Shown here piece by piece: positions 19,925 to 28,658 of a stretch of 64,000 nucleotides of DNA. The DNA is from Rubrivivax sp. (GTDB lineage Bacteria > Pseudomonadota > Gammaproteobacteria > Burkholderiales > Burkholderiaceae_C): assembly GCA_021298085.1 (NCBI GenBank), contig JAJTDE010000005.1:456-64455 (forward strand), read 5' to 3'. A model generated the notes under the pieces. The model made no database searches, was not told the DNA's origin, and was given only the letters and a program-made list of their open reading frames with translations. Position 1 is the stretch's first letter. Every line of letters starts with the position of its first letter. Made by a program: the position numbers and the translations under genes.

Positions 19925-20023
19925 TCATGCGGACACCTCGTCCGACGAGTGCGTCGGCCGGCACCCTGGTGGGCGCCGGCTGGCGTGGGGCGCCTCGGCG
20001 CCCGGCCCGTGTGGAGTGACCTG

Positions 20024-21310
20024 ATGCTGCAATCCATCATCGACCGACGACTGGCGGGCAAGAACAAGTCCATCGGCAACCGTGAGCGCTTCCTGCGCCG
20101 CTACAAGGAGCAGGTCAAGGACGCCGTCAAGCGTGCCATCGATGGCCGTGGCATCCGCGACATCGAACGCGGCGAAGAGATCCGCATCCCCAAGAAAGAC
20201 ATCAGCGAACCCGTCTTTGGCCACGGTCAGGGCGGCAAGCGCGAGATGGTGCACCCTGGCAACCAGGAATACATCCAGGGCGACCGCATCGATCGCCCCA
20301 AGGGCGGTGGCCAGGGCAAGGGCAGCGGCAAGGGGCAGGCCAGCGACTCGGGCGAGGGCGAAGACGACTTCACCTTTGGCCTGAGCAAGGAAGAGTTCAT
20401 GCAGGTCTTCTTCGAGGACCTGGCCTTGCCGCACCTCGTGCGCACGCAGCTGGCCGAGGTGCCCGAATGGAAGAGCCAACGCGCTGGCTACAGCCACGAC
20501 GGCACGGCCAACAACCTGCATGTGGTGCGCAGCCTGCGCGGCGCCATTGGGCGGCGCCTGGCCATCGGAGCAGGGTCGCGTGCGGCCCTGCTCGAACTCG
20601 AGGCGCACCTCCTGACGCTCAAGCGCTCGGCGGGCGACCCTGTCGTTGACCAGGAAATCGCCGAGGCCGAGAGCCGTATCGAAGCCCTGCGAGCCCGCCT
20701 GAAGCGCATTCCCTACCTGGACCCGATCGACCTGCGCTACCGCAGCCGTGTCCGTGTTCCGGTGCCCACCAGCAAGGCGGTGATGTTCTGCCTGATGGAC
20801 GTCTCGGGTTCGATGGACGAGCAGCGCAAGGAGTTGTCCAAGCGCTTCTTCATCCTGCTCTACCTGTTCCTCACGCGCCACTACGAGAAGATCGACATCG
20901 TCTTCATCCGCCACCACACGCAGGCCCAGGAGGTGGACGAGGAGGCGTTTTTCCATGCGCGCGAAACCGGTGGCACGGTGGTGTCCAGTGCGCTGGTCCT
21001 GATGGACGAGATCATCCGCGCCCGCTACAACCCCAGCGAATGGAACATCTACGGCGCCCAGGCCAGCGATGGCGACAACTGGCACCACGACAGCGGCCGC
21101 TGCCGCGAGCTGCTGGCCGACAAGATCCTGCCGATGTGCCGCTACTACGCCTATGTGCAGGTGGCTGAGGAAGAACAGAACCTCTGGGACGAGTACGCCC
21201 AGCTGCAGGCCGCGCAGCCGCACTTTGCGATGCGCAAGGCGGTGGAGGCCAGTGCCATCTACCCGGTGTTCCGTGATCTCTTCAAGAAAGAGGGGGCCAA
21301 GGCCGCATGA
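20024..21310 (+). CDS. yeaH: YeaH/YhbH family (DUF444, vWA-like) protein
   Basis: IDRR..GKNKSIGNRERFLRR, MDVSGSM (MIDAS-like), ETGGT.VSSAL, QASDGDNW. Confidence 0.94.
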   Translation: MLQSIIDRRLAGKNKSIGNRERFLRRYKEQVKDAVKRAIDGRGIRDIERGEEIRIPKKDISEPVFGHGQGGKREMVHPGNQEYIQGDRIDRPKGGGQGKGSGKGQASDSGEGEDDFTFGLSKEEFMQVFFEDLALPHLVRTQLAEVPEWKSQRAGYSHDGTANNLHVVRSLRGAIGRRLAIGAGSRAALLELEAHLLTLKRSAGDPVVDQEIAEAESRIEALRARLKRIPYLDPIDLRYRSRVRVPVPTSKAVMFCLMDVSGSMDEQRKELSKRFFILLYLFLTRHYEKIDIVFIRHHTQAQEVDEEAFFHARETGGTVVSSALVLMDEIIRARYNPSEWNIYGAQASDGDNWHHDSGRCRELLADKILPMCRYYAYVQVAEEEQNLWDEYAQLQAAQPHFAMRKAVEASAIYPVFRDLFKKEGAKAA

Positions 21311-22863
21311 ACTACACGCTCAAAGCCGTTCCCGAGAGCCCCAGGCCCTTGCTGCAGCGGCCCGCCGAGCCCCTGCCTGGGCCCAGCGACTGGACCTTCG
21401 AGCTCGTCGAGGATTACCACCGTGTCATCCGGGCGACGGCCGATCGCTTTGGCCTGGACACCTACCCGAACCAGCTGGAGATCATCACGGCTGAGCAGAT
21501 GATGGATGCCTATGCCAGCGTGGGCATGCCCGTCAACTACCGCCACTGGAGCTACGGCAAGGAGTTCATCGCCACCGAGAAGAACTACAAGCGTGGCGCG
21601 ATGGGCCTGGCCTACGAGATCGTCATCAACTCGAACCCCTGCATCAGCTACCTGATGGAGGAAAACACGATGGCCATGCAGGCCCTCGTGATCGCCCACG
21701 CGGCCTACGGCCACAACAGCTTCTTCAAGGGCAACTACCTGTTCAGGATGTGGACCGACGCGTCGTCCATCATCGACTACCTGGTCTATGCCAAGGACTA
21801 TGTCGCCAAGTGCGAGCAGAAGCACGGCCTGGAAACGGTGGAGCTGTTCCTCGATTCCTGCCACGCGCTGGCCAACCATGGGGTCGACCGTTATCGCCGC
21901 CCGACGAAGAAGACCCTTGCCCAGGAGCTGTCCGAGCGCCAGGAGCGCGAGGCCTACGCGCAGCAGCAGGTCAACGACCTCTGGCGCACCCTTCCGCGCC
22001 GCGCCGACCGGGAAGATACCGCCGCCGACGCCAAGCGCTTTCCCGACGAGCCGCAGGAAAACCTGCTGTACTTCATCGAGAAGAATGCGCCGCTGCTGGA
22101 ACCCTGGCAGCGTGAGCTCGTGCGCATCGTGCGCAAGGTGGCGCAGTACTTCTACCCGCAGCGCCAGACCCAGGTGATGAACGAGGGATGGGCCACCTTC
22201 TGGCACCACCGCATCCTGAACACGATGTACGACGACGGCTACCTGACCGACGGCGTGATGATCGAGTGGCTGAAGTCACACACCAACGTGGTGTACCAGC
22301 CCAGGGTGTCCGACCGAGGCTATTCGGGCATCAACCCCTATGCGCTGGGTTTTGCGATGTACACCGACCTGCAGCGCATCTGCGAACGGCCCACCGACGA
22401 GGACCGCGCCTGGTTTCCCCAGTTTGCGGGCAAGCCGTGGCTGCCGGTGCTGCACGAGGCCATGCGCGAGTACAAGGACGAGAGCTTCGTCGGGCAGTTC
22501 CTCAGCCCCAAGCTGATGCGCGACCTGCGGCTGTTTGCCATCCGCGACGACGAGTCCGATGCCCAACTGGAAATTTCAGCCATCCATGATGACGCCGGTT
22601 ACCGGCGTCTGCGCGAATCGCTGTCGCACCAGTACGACCTGGGCTCGCGTGAACCCAACATCCAGGTCTGGAATGTCAACCTGCGCGGCGACCGTTCACT
22701 GACGCTGCGCCACTTCCAGCACAACGATCGGCCGCTGCACGACAACGCACAGGAAGTGCTCAAGCACGTCGCCCGGCTGTGGGGCTTTGGCGTGCAGCTG
22801 GAGAGTGTCAACGGCCGCGGCGACGTGACGCGGCACCTCAGCGTTCAGCCACCGACGGCCTGA
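21307..22863 (+). CDS. ycgB: SpoVR family protein
   Basis: YRHWSYGKEF, AYEIVINS.PC, HAAYGHNSFFK, QTQVMNEGWATFWH, INPYALG; 4-nt overlap with yeaH. Confidence 0.95.
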   Translation: MNYTLKAVPESPRPLLQRPAEPLPGPSDWTFELVEDYHRVIRATADRFGLDTYPNQLEIITAEQMMDAYASVGMPVNYRHWSYGKEFIATEKNYKRGAMGLAYEIVINSNPCISYLMEENTMAMQALVIAHAAYGHNSFFKGNYLFRMWTDASSIIDYLVYAKDYVAKCEQKHGLETVELFLDSCHALANHGVDRYRRPTKKTLAQELSERQEREAYAQQQVNDLWRTLPRRADREDTAADAKRFPDEPQENLLYFIEKNAPLLEPWQRELVRIVRKVAQYFYPQRQTQVMNEGWATFWHHRILNTMYDDGYLTDGVMIEWLKSHTNVVYQPRVSDRGYSGINPYALGFAMYTDLQRICERPTDEDRAWFPQFAGKPWLPVLHEAMREYKDESFVGQFLSPKLMRDLRLFAIRDDESDAQLEISAIHDDAGYRRLRESLSHQYDLGSREPNIQVWNVNLRGDRSLTLRHFQHNDRPLHDNAQEVLKHVARLWGFGVQLESVNGRGDVTRHLSVQPPTA

Positions 22864-23019
22864 GCCGGCCGCCGCCGACATCGACCGCCTCGGTGCCCGA
22901 ACCCACAGGCAGGGCTGCCTCATGGGTGCTCTCGTTGATGCCGCCGTGGCTGAGCATCCCCGGCGGGTCGGTCAGGCGGCCCCACAGGACCACCGTGTGG
23001 TCGGGCGGCCGGAAGCGGA

Positions 23020-23542
23020 AGGAGGCGGCTTGTTCGCCTTCCAGCTGGCGAATCAGGCCGATGGGGCCGTCACCGTCGATGTAGAGGCCCAGGTAGGCGT
23101 TTTCCGGCAGGCTCGGCAGGTTGAAGGCGGCGTTGTCCGACAGGCCCGGCGCAAAGTGCAGGTAGGAGCTGGCCTAGACCTCGAGCTGCCCGAAGGGCGA
23201 GTGATCGAGCAGCGGGCGCTGGCTGTCGGGAAACTTGCGGGCGCAGGAGACACCTTTGTACTCGGACACGGCCAGGCTGGGAATGCCCAGCGCCTGGGGC
23301 AGCAGCAGGTGAGCGCCACCACTGGCCAGCACCAGCACGCCCAGCGCTGCCAGCGCGCGCCGCAAGCGCAGCGCCTTGAACCACAGCGCGCTGCCCACGG
23401 CCCACAGCAGCAGCGGCACGACGATCAGCTCCTGGGGCGGCAGCCACCACATGGCGGCCAGGCGCCACGTCTGCATCGGGTCGGCCACCAGGAAGATGGG
23501 GTTGAGGGGCAGCTGCTGCGCCAGCAGGTTAGCTCCCACCAT
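23020..23542 (-). pseudogene. Fragmented membrane protein remnant (possibly spermidine-synthase-like family); 3' boundary approximate
   Basis: Hydrophobic ORF 23174..23542 ends at TAG, but the frame stays open and coding-like (ASSYLHFAPGLSDNAAFNLP...YIDGDGPIGLIR). Confidence 0.5.
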
Positions 23543-24271
23543 CAGCGCGCATGATGCCGATCTGCAGCGCGATGATGGCGCCGGCCACCAACGCCACCGA
23601 GGACGGCACCACCCGCTGCGAGCCCGGCGCGCCCACGGGGATCACCATCACGCCGCCCACCTTCAGCTGCTGCAGCCGCGGCGGCAGGATGTGGTCGATG
23701 CCGCAGGTGACGATGATCTTGTCGAACGGGCCGGCCTCGACCCAGCCGATGTAGCCGTCGGAGAGGCGGCTCTGGATGACCTTGTATTCGCTGTAGCCGC
23801 GGCGGATCAGCGCGTCGTAGACCGCGCGTGTGCGTTCGGCCAGCGGCTTGATGATCTCCACCGTCCAGACCTTGTCGGTCGGCTGGGCCAGGTAGGCCGC
23901 CTGATAGCCCGAGCCGGTGCCCACCTCCAGTGCCTTTTCGCCGGGCTTGACGTCCAGCACGCTGGTCATGCGCCCGACCAGGTGCGGGCCGGAGATGGTG
24001 ACGCCCCAGCCAATGTCCAGGAAGGCGTGTTCGTTGCGTTTGTCCCAGAGGTCCTTGTGGCGCACCAGCGCCACACAGCGGGCATAGCGCTCGGCCAGGA
24101 GATTGTCAGCCTCGCTGTGCCGTGCTGGATGCCCCATTCGACAAAGGCCTGCGCGGCCTGTACGGGCGGCACGGCATTGGCCGGGAAGGCCTTGGGGGCC
24201 GCCGCCCAGGCGCCAGACGGCACCGCCGTGGCCAGGCTCAGGGCGGGTGTGGCAAACGCCGCGTGGCGCAT
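23529..24271 (-). pseudogene. pcm: Frameshifted/truncated protein-L-isoaspartate O-methyltransferase-like gene with signal peptide
   Basis: GVTISGPHLVGRM, LEVGTGSGYQAAYL, DGYIGW..GPFDKIIVT, LKVGGVMVIPVG in one frame; signal-peptide-like N-terminus in another frame (shift near 24105-24125); normal C-terminus missing. Confidence 0.7.
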
Positions 24272-24338
24272 GACAGCGGTTGTTACGGAAGAAAGCCGAG
24301 CCGGGCGATCGTGCCTTCGGTGCGCAGGGCCCCTGGCC

Positions 24339-25760
24339 TCACAGGCTGAAGATCTTGCCGGGGTTCAGGATGTTGTGCGGGTCCAGTGCGCGCTTGATCT
24401 GTCGCATCATGGCCACGCTGCCGTCGCCGGCTTCCTCCAGCAGGAAGCCCATCTTGTGCAGCCCGATGCCGTGTTCTCCGGTGCAGGTGCCTTCCAGCGC
24501 AATGGCCCGGCGCACCATCTGCATCGACAAGCGCTCGGCCGTCTCGCGCTGGGCCAGGTCACCGTCCTTGACCAGGTAGGCCAGGTGGAAGTTGCCATCA
24601 CCGACGTGGCCGACGATGTAGTACGGCAGCCCGCTGGCGTCGGCTTCCTGGATGGACACCATCAACAGCTCACCCAGCCGGGAGATGGGCACACAGGTGT
24701 CGGTGGTCACGGTGCGGCAGCCCGGGTTGGTCTGCATGCCGGCAAAGTAGGCCTTGTGGCGTGCCGTCCACAGCCGGGAGCGTTCCTCGGGTGTGGTGGC
24801 CCATTCAAAGGCCTGCCCGCCCAGCTCGCCGGTGATGTCCTGCACCGTCTTCGCCTGTTCCTGCACGCCCGCCGGTGAGCCGTGAAACTCCATCAGCAGC
24901 ATCGGCAGCTCGCGCAGGCCCAGCTTGCTCTGCGCATTGACGGCGCGCACGGCGTTGGTGTCGAGCAGCTCGCACCGCGCGATCGGCACACCCATCTGGA
25001 TGATCTGCATCACCGCCTGGACAGCGCCTCTCACCCCGTCGAAGTGGCACACCGCGGCGCTGACCGCCTCGGGCAGCGGGTACAGGCGCACCGTCAGCTC
25101 GGTGATCACACCCAGCGTGCCTTCGCTGCCCACCATCAGGCGCGTGAGGTCGTAGCCGGCGCTGCTCTTGCGGGCGCGGGTGCCGGTTCTGATCAGTTCG
25201 CCCTGGGCGGTGACGACCTGCAGCCCCAGCACGTTCTCGCGCATGGTGCCGTAGCGCACCGCGTTGGTCCCGCTGGCGCGGGTGGCGGCCATGCCGCCCA
25301 GTGACGCGTTGGCGCCAGGGTCGATCGGGAAGAACAGGCCCAGGTTGCGCACTTCCTGGTTGAGCTGTTCACGGGTCACGCCGGGCTCGACCGTCGCGGT
25401 GAGGTCTTCGGCGTGGATGTGCAGCACCCGGTTCATGCGGCTGACATCGAGGCTGATGCCGCCTTGGACAGCCAGCAGGTGGCCCTCGAGCGACGAGCCC
25501 ACGCCAAAGGGGATGACCGGCACGCGGTGTTCGGCGGCCAGTCTGACGGCCGCCTGCACGTCGTCCGCGCTTTCGCAGAAGAGCACCACCTCGGGGGGTG
25601 TCGCCGGGAAGGGTGATTCGTCGCGACCATGCTGTTCACGCACTGCGGCCGCGGTCGAGCAGCGGGCGCCGAAACGGTCGGTCAAGGCCTGCAGGAGGGC
25701 TGGCGGGACGGGGCGCAGCTGCAGCTCGGGCATCAGCTGGCCGGGCAAGGGGGCGTTCAT
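24339..25760 (-). CDS. FAD-linked oxidase (D-lactate dehydrogenase/GlcD-like)
   Basis: PFGVGSSLEGH, DPGANASLGGM, GYDLTRLMVGSEGTLG, GHVGDGNFH, GEHGIG, DPHNILNPGK. Confidence 0.92.
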   Translation of the reverse strand: MNAPLPGQLMPELQLRPVPPALLQALTDRFGARCSTAAAVREQHGRDESPFPATPPEVVLFCESADDVQAAVRLAAEHRVPVIPFGVGSSLEGHLLAVQGGISLDVSRMNRVLHIHAEDLTATVEPGVTREQLNQEVRNLGLFFPIDPGANASLGGMAATRASGTNAVRYGTMRENVLGLQVVTAQGELIRTGTRARKSSAGYDLTRLMVGSEGTLGVITELTVRLYPLPEAVSAAVCHFDGVRGAVQAVMQIIQMGVPIARCELLDTNAVRAVNAQSKLGLRELPMLLMEFHGSPAGVQEQAKTVQDITGELGGQAFEWATTPEERSRLWTARHKAYFAGMQTNPGCRTVTTDTCVPISRLGELLMVSIQEADASGLPYYIVGHVGDGNFHLAYLVKDGDLAQRETAERLSMQMVRRAIALEGTCTGEHGIGLHKMGFLLEEAGDGSVAMMRQIKRALDPHNILNPGKIFSL

Positions 25761-25896
25761 GGGCGAGCTCCAGGGGGGGGCGCCAGCATGTCATCGGGAC
25801 GGACCAGCCCGGCGCCTCGCGATGATCGGCGCCCGTGGCCGTCCTCCCTCCGAGGGAAAGCCCTGAATCATGGCGCCGGTTGGCCGAAATCACGTC

Positions 25897-26631
25897 ATGC
25901 CTGCCTCTCCCCGCCCCGAGCGCCGCAACCTGTACCGCCAGCTCTATGTCCAGCCGGAAGCGCCGGCCGAGGTGCTCAAGGCCAGCTACCGCGCGCTGAT
26001 GAGCAGCTTGAGGCTGCACCCTGACCTGGGCGGCCCCCACGAAGTGGCCGCGCAGCTCAATGCCGCCTACGCGGTGCTGAGCGACCCGCAGCGGCGCGCC
26101 CTGTACGACCAGATGCTCAAGCGCCGCGCCCGCCAGCGCAGCGAGGCCGCCACGGCTGGCCGCCTGGCCGAGCCGGTGGCCGACCATGACCCCTTGCTGT
26201 GGCAGGAGCAGCGGCGCTGCCCGCTGTGTGCGGCGCGCCTCATGCTGCAGCCACCTCGCAACCCGCGTTGTGTGCGTTGCGACAGCCCCCTGACGCCGGC
26301 CCCGAGTGCAGCCTTGGCCGAAGGCGAACTGCTGGGCCGCCGGCGGGGCGACCGCTACCTGCGCCCTCAGGACGCCCAGCTGCGCCTGGCCGACAAGCTG
26401 GAAAGCTTCCCGGCCCGGGTGAAGGACCTCTCCATGACTGGCATCTCCCTGCTGGTGCGGGCGCCGGTGAAGCTGGGCAGCCCGTTCCGGGTGCAGGCCA
26501 GCGGCTTCGACGCCGTGGCCGTGGCCGTGGCGCTGCGGCCGCAGGGCCAGCGGGTCTGTGTGCATGCTCGTCTGGTGACCCTGCAGGTGCTGCGCCAGGC
26601 GCGCGGTACCCTGGTCGATGCCGAGGCCTGA
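25897..26631 (+). CDS. J-domain protein fused to CxxC...CxxC Zn-ribbon and PilZ domain
   Basis: HPD at 26017-26025 in J-domain context; CPLC and CVRC; RRGDR (RxxxR) and DLSMTG (DxSxxG) PilZ motifs; start 25870 or 25897. Confidence 0.8.
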   Translation: MPASPRPERRNLYRQLYVQPEAPAEVLKASYRALMSSLRLHPDLGGPHEVAAQLNAAYAVLSDPQRRALYDQMLKRRARQRSEAATAGRLAEPVADHDPLLWQEQRRCPLCAARLMLQPPRNPRCVRCDSPLTPAPSAALAEGELLGRRRGDRYLRPQDAQLRLADKLESFPARVKDLSMTGISLLVRAPVKLGSPFRVQASGFDAVAVAVALRPQGQRVCVHARLVTLQVLRQARGTLVDAEA

Positions 26632-26653
26632 GCCGCATCGGCACAATGCACCC

Positions 26654-27259
26654 ATGGGACAACGCCTGACGCAAATCGCCACCCGCACCGGAGACGGGGG
26701 CACCACTGGCCTCGGCGACGGCACCCGGGTCCCGAAGGACCACCTGCGTGTGCATGCGATGGGTGACGTCGACGAGCTGAATTCCAGCCTGGGTGTCATC
26801 CTGGCCGAACCGCTGCCCGCCGATGTGCGCGAGCTGCTGGTGGTCATCCAGCACGAGCTCTTCAACCTGGGTGGCGAGCTCTCGATCCCCGGTTTCAGCC
26901 TGCTGAAGGACGAGGCCGTCGCCCGCCTGGACGCCGCGCTGGAACAGCACAACGCCCGGCTGCCGAAGCTGCAGGAATTCATCCTGCCGGCGGGCAGCCG
27001 CAGCGCGGCGCTGGCCCATGTCAGCCGCACCGTGGCCCGGCGTGCCGAGCGTTCGCTGATCACCCTGGCCGCCCAGGAGCCGGTGAACGAGGCCCCCCGC
27101 CTTTACCTCAACCGCCTGTCGGACCTGCTGTTTGTGCTGTCGCGGGTGCTCAACCGCGCCAACCTCGACGGCCTGGGTGGCGACGACGTCTACTGGCGCA
27201 GCGAGCGTCTGGCGCGTGCCGAGGCCAGCCCCCAGGACGCCGTCGACGACACGCGCTGA
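26654..27259 (+). CDS. ATP:cob(I)alamin adenosyltransferase (PduO type)
   Basis: IATRTGDGGTT.L.DG.RV.KD, GDVDELNS, R.VARRAER, YLNRLSD.LF. Confidence 0.93.
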   Translation: MGQRLTQIATRTGDGGTTGLGDGTRVPKDHLRVHAMGDVDELNSSLGVILAEPLPADVRELLVVIQHELFNLGGELSIPGFSLLKDEAVARLDAALEQHNARLPKLQEFILPAGSRSAALAHVSRTVARRAERSLITLAAQEPVNEAPRLYLNRLSDLLFVLSRVLNRANLDGLGGDDVYWRSERLARAEASPQDAVDDTR

Positions 27260-27299
27260 CGCTCCCGCCGGCCGATGGGCCGGCCCGCGGGCAGGCCCA

Positions 27300-28415
27300 T
27301 CAACGCTGGCGACGTGCCTTCACGGCCTCGCTCAGGATGTCCAGTACCGCCAGCGAGTCGTCCCAGCCGATGCAGGCATCGGTGATGCTCTGGCCGTAGC
27401 GCAGGCTGGCCGGTTCGTCCTTGCCGGGGCTGAACTTCTGGGCGCCGGCCTGCAAGTGGCTCTCCACCATCACGCCGGTGATGCAGCGGTTGCCGGCCGC
27501 CATCTGGGCGGCCACATCGCGCGCCACATCGACCTGCCGCTGGTGCTGCTTGCTGCTGTTGGCGTGGCTGAAGTCGATCATCAGGTGGCAGTCCAGCTGG
27601 GCGCCCTCGATCTCGGCACAGGCCGCGGCCACGCTGGCGGCGTCGTAGTTGGGGGTCTTGCCACCGCGCAGGATGACGTGGCAATCCTGGTTGCCCTTGG
27701 TCTCGACGATGGCGACCTGGCCATTCTTGTGCACCGACAGGAAGTGGTGCGGCCGGGCCGCGGCCTGGATGGCGTCGATGGCGATCCTGACATTGCCGTC
27801 GGTGCCGTTCTTGAAGCCGATGGGCGCGCTCAGGCCCGAGGCCAGCTCGCGGTGGACCTGGCTTTCGGTGGTGCGCGCGCCGATGGCGCCCCAGCTGACC
27901 AGGTCACCGATGTATTGCGGGCTGATGGTGTCCAGGAACTCACCCGCGGCCGGCACGCCGTCACGGTTGATGTCCACCAGCAGCTGGCGCGCAATGCGCA
28001 GGCCTTCGTGGATGCGGTAGCTGCCGTCCAGGTAGGGGTCGTTGATCAGGCCCTTCCAGCCGACGGTGGTGCGCGGCTTCTCGAAGTACACGCGCATCAC
28101 CACCTCCAGCGTGTCGGCATGGCGCGCGCGCTGCGCCTTCAGCCGACGGGCGTACTCCATCGCCGCGGCCGGGTCGTGGATGGAGCAGGGGCCGATGATC
28201 ACCAGCAGTCGGTCATCCTTGCCATGGATGATGTCGCGCACGGCTTGCCGTGTGCGGCTGATCAGCGCTTCCACGGGCGTGCCGGCGATGGGGAAGAAGC
28301 GGATCAGGTGCTCCGGCGGCGGCAGCGGCGTCACGTCCTTGATCCGCTGGTCGTCGGTCTCGCTGGTCTTTTCGCTGAGCGCATACCAACCCTCACTGGC
28401 GCTGCGGTTTGACAT
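27300..28415 (-). CDS. aroG: 3-deoxy-7-phosphoheptulonate (DAHP) synthase, class I alpha
   Basis: IGPCSIHD, RVYFEKPRTTVGWKGLINDP, AIGARTTESQVHRELASG, GFKNGTDG, DFSHANS, SITDACI; isoenzyme specificity (aroF/G/H) not determinable. Confidence 0.95.
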   Translation of the reverse strand: MSNRSASEGWYALSEKTSETDDQRIKDVTPLPPPEHLIRFFPIAGTPVEALISRTRQAVRDIIHGKDDRLLVIIGPCSIHDPAAAMEYARRLKAQRARHADTLEVVMRVYFEKPRTTVGWKGLINDPYLDGSYRIHEGLRIARQLLVDINRDGVPAAGEFLDTISPQYIGDLVSWGAIGARTTESQVHRELASGLSAPIGFKNGTDGNVRIAIDAIQAAARPHHFLSVHKNGQVAIVETKGNQDCHVILRGGKTPNYDAASVAAACAEIEGAQLDCHLMIDFSHANSSKQHQRQVDVARDVAAQMAAGNRCITGVMVESHLQAGAQKFSPGKDEPASLRYGQSITDACIGWDDSLAVLDILSEAVKARRQR

Positions 28416-28453
28416 GTCGGGTGCTCCTGATGGTGGTGGTGGTGGTGGCGGGC

Positions 28454-28484
28454 AAAAAAAAACCGCCGGGGTTCCGGCGGTTTT
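28454..28484 (-). terminator. Attenuator terminator upstream of DAHP synthase
   Basis: Minus strand AAAA-CCGCCGG-AACC-CCGGCGG-TTTTTTTTT, 39 nt upstream of the aroG ATG. Confidence 0.88.
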
Positions 28485-28508
28485 CTGGGTGCTTCGCGTG
28501 GTCTGCGT

Positions 28509-28586
28509 TTACGCGTTTGCCTCTCCAGCCGCCAGACGGGGCGAGAACCAAAAGTACGTAAAAAAGTAGGCACGGGCGCGACGCAT
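28509..28586 (-). CDS. Aromatic-amino-acid leader peptide (25 aa, MRRARAYFFTYFWFSPRLAAGEANA)
   Basis: Hand translation; 7 of 8 consecutive codons are Tyr/Phe/Trp; stops 25 nt before the terminator; overlaps antiterminator arm. Confidence 0.85.
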   Translation of the reverse strand: MRRARAYFFTYFWFSPRLAAGEANA

Positions 28587-28592
28587 GGTGTG

Positions 28593-28601
28593 ACTGTAGC
28601 A
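28593..28601 (-). promoter_or_regulatory. Putative extended -10 element (TGn-TACAGT) giving a leaderless transcript for the leader peptide
   Basis: TGCTACAGT followed by 6 nt (CACACC) then ATG; no SD before the leader ATG. Confidence 0.5.
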
Positions 28602-28658
28602 CGCAGGCCCCGGCGCGGTGCTGACGCTTCGCGCGTCGCGCCCTCAGCGCGCGGCCGA

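Noticed and set aside
28331-28573. 80-aa ORF with FFF and His6 as the leader peptide
   Set aside because: FFF comes from the terminator U-tract and His6 from the CAC repeat; it reads through the terminator into aroG out of frame. The 25-aa ORF fits attenuation geometry
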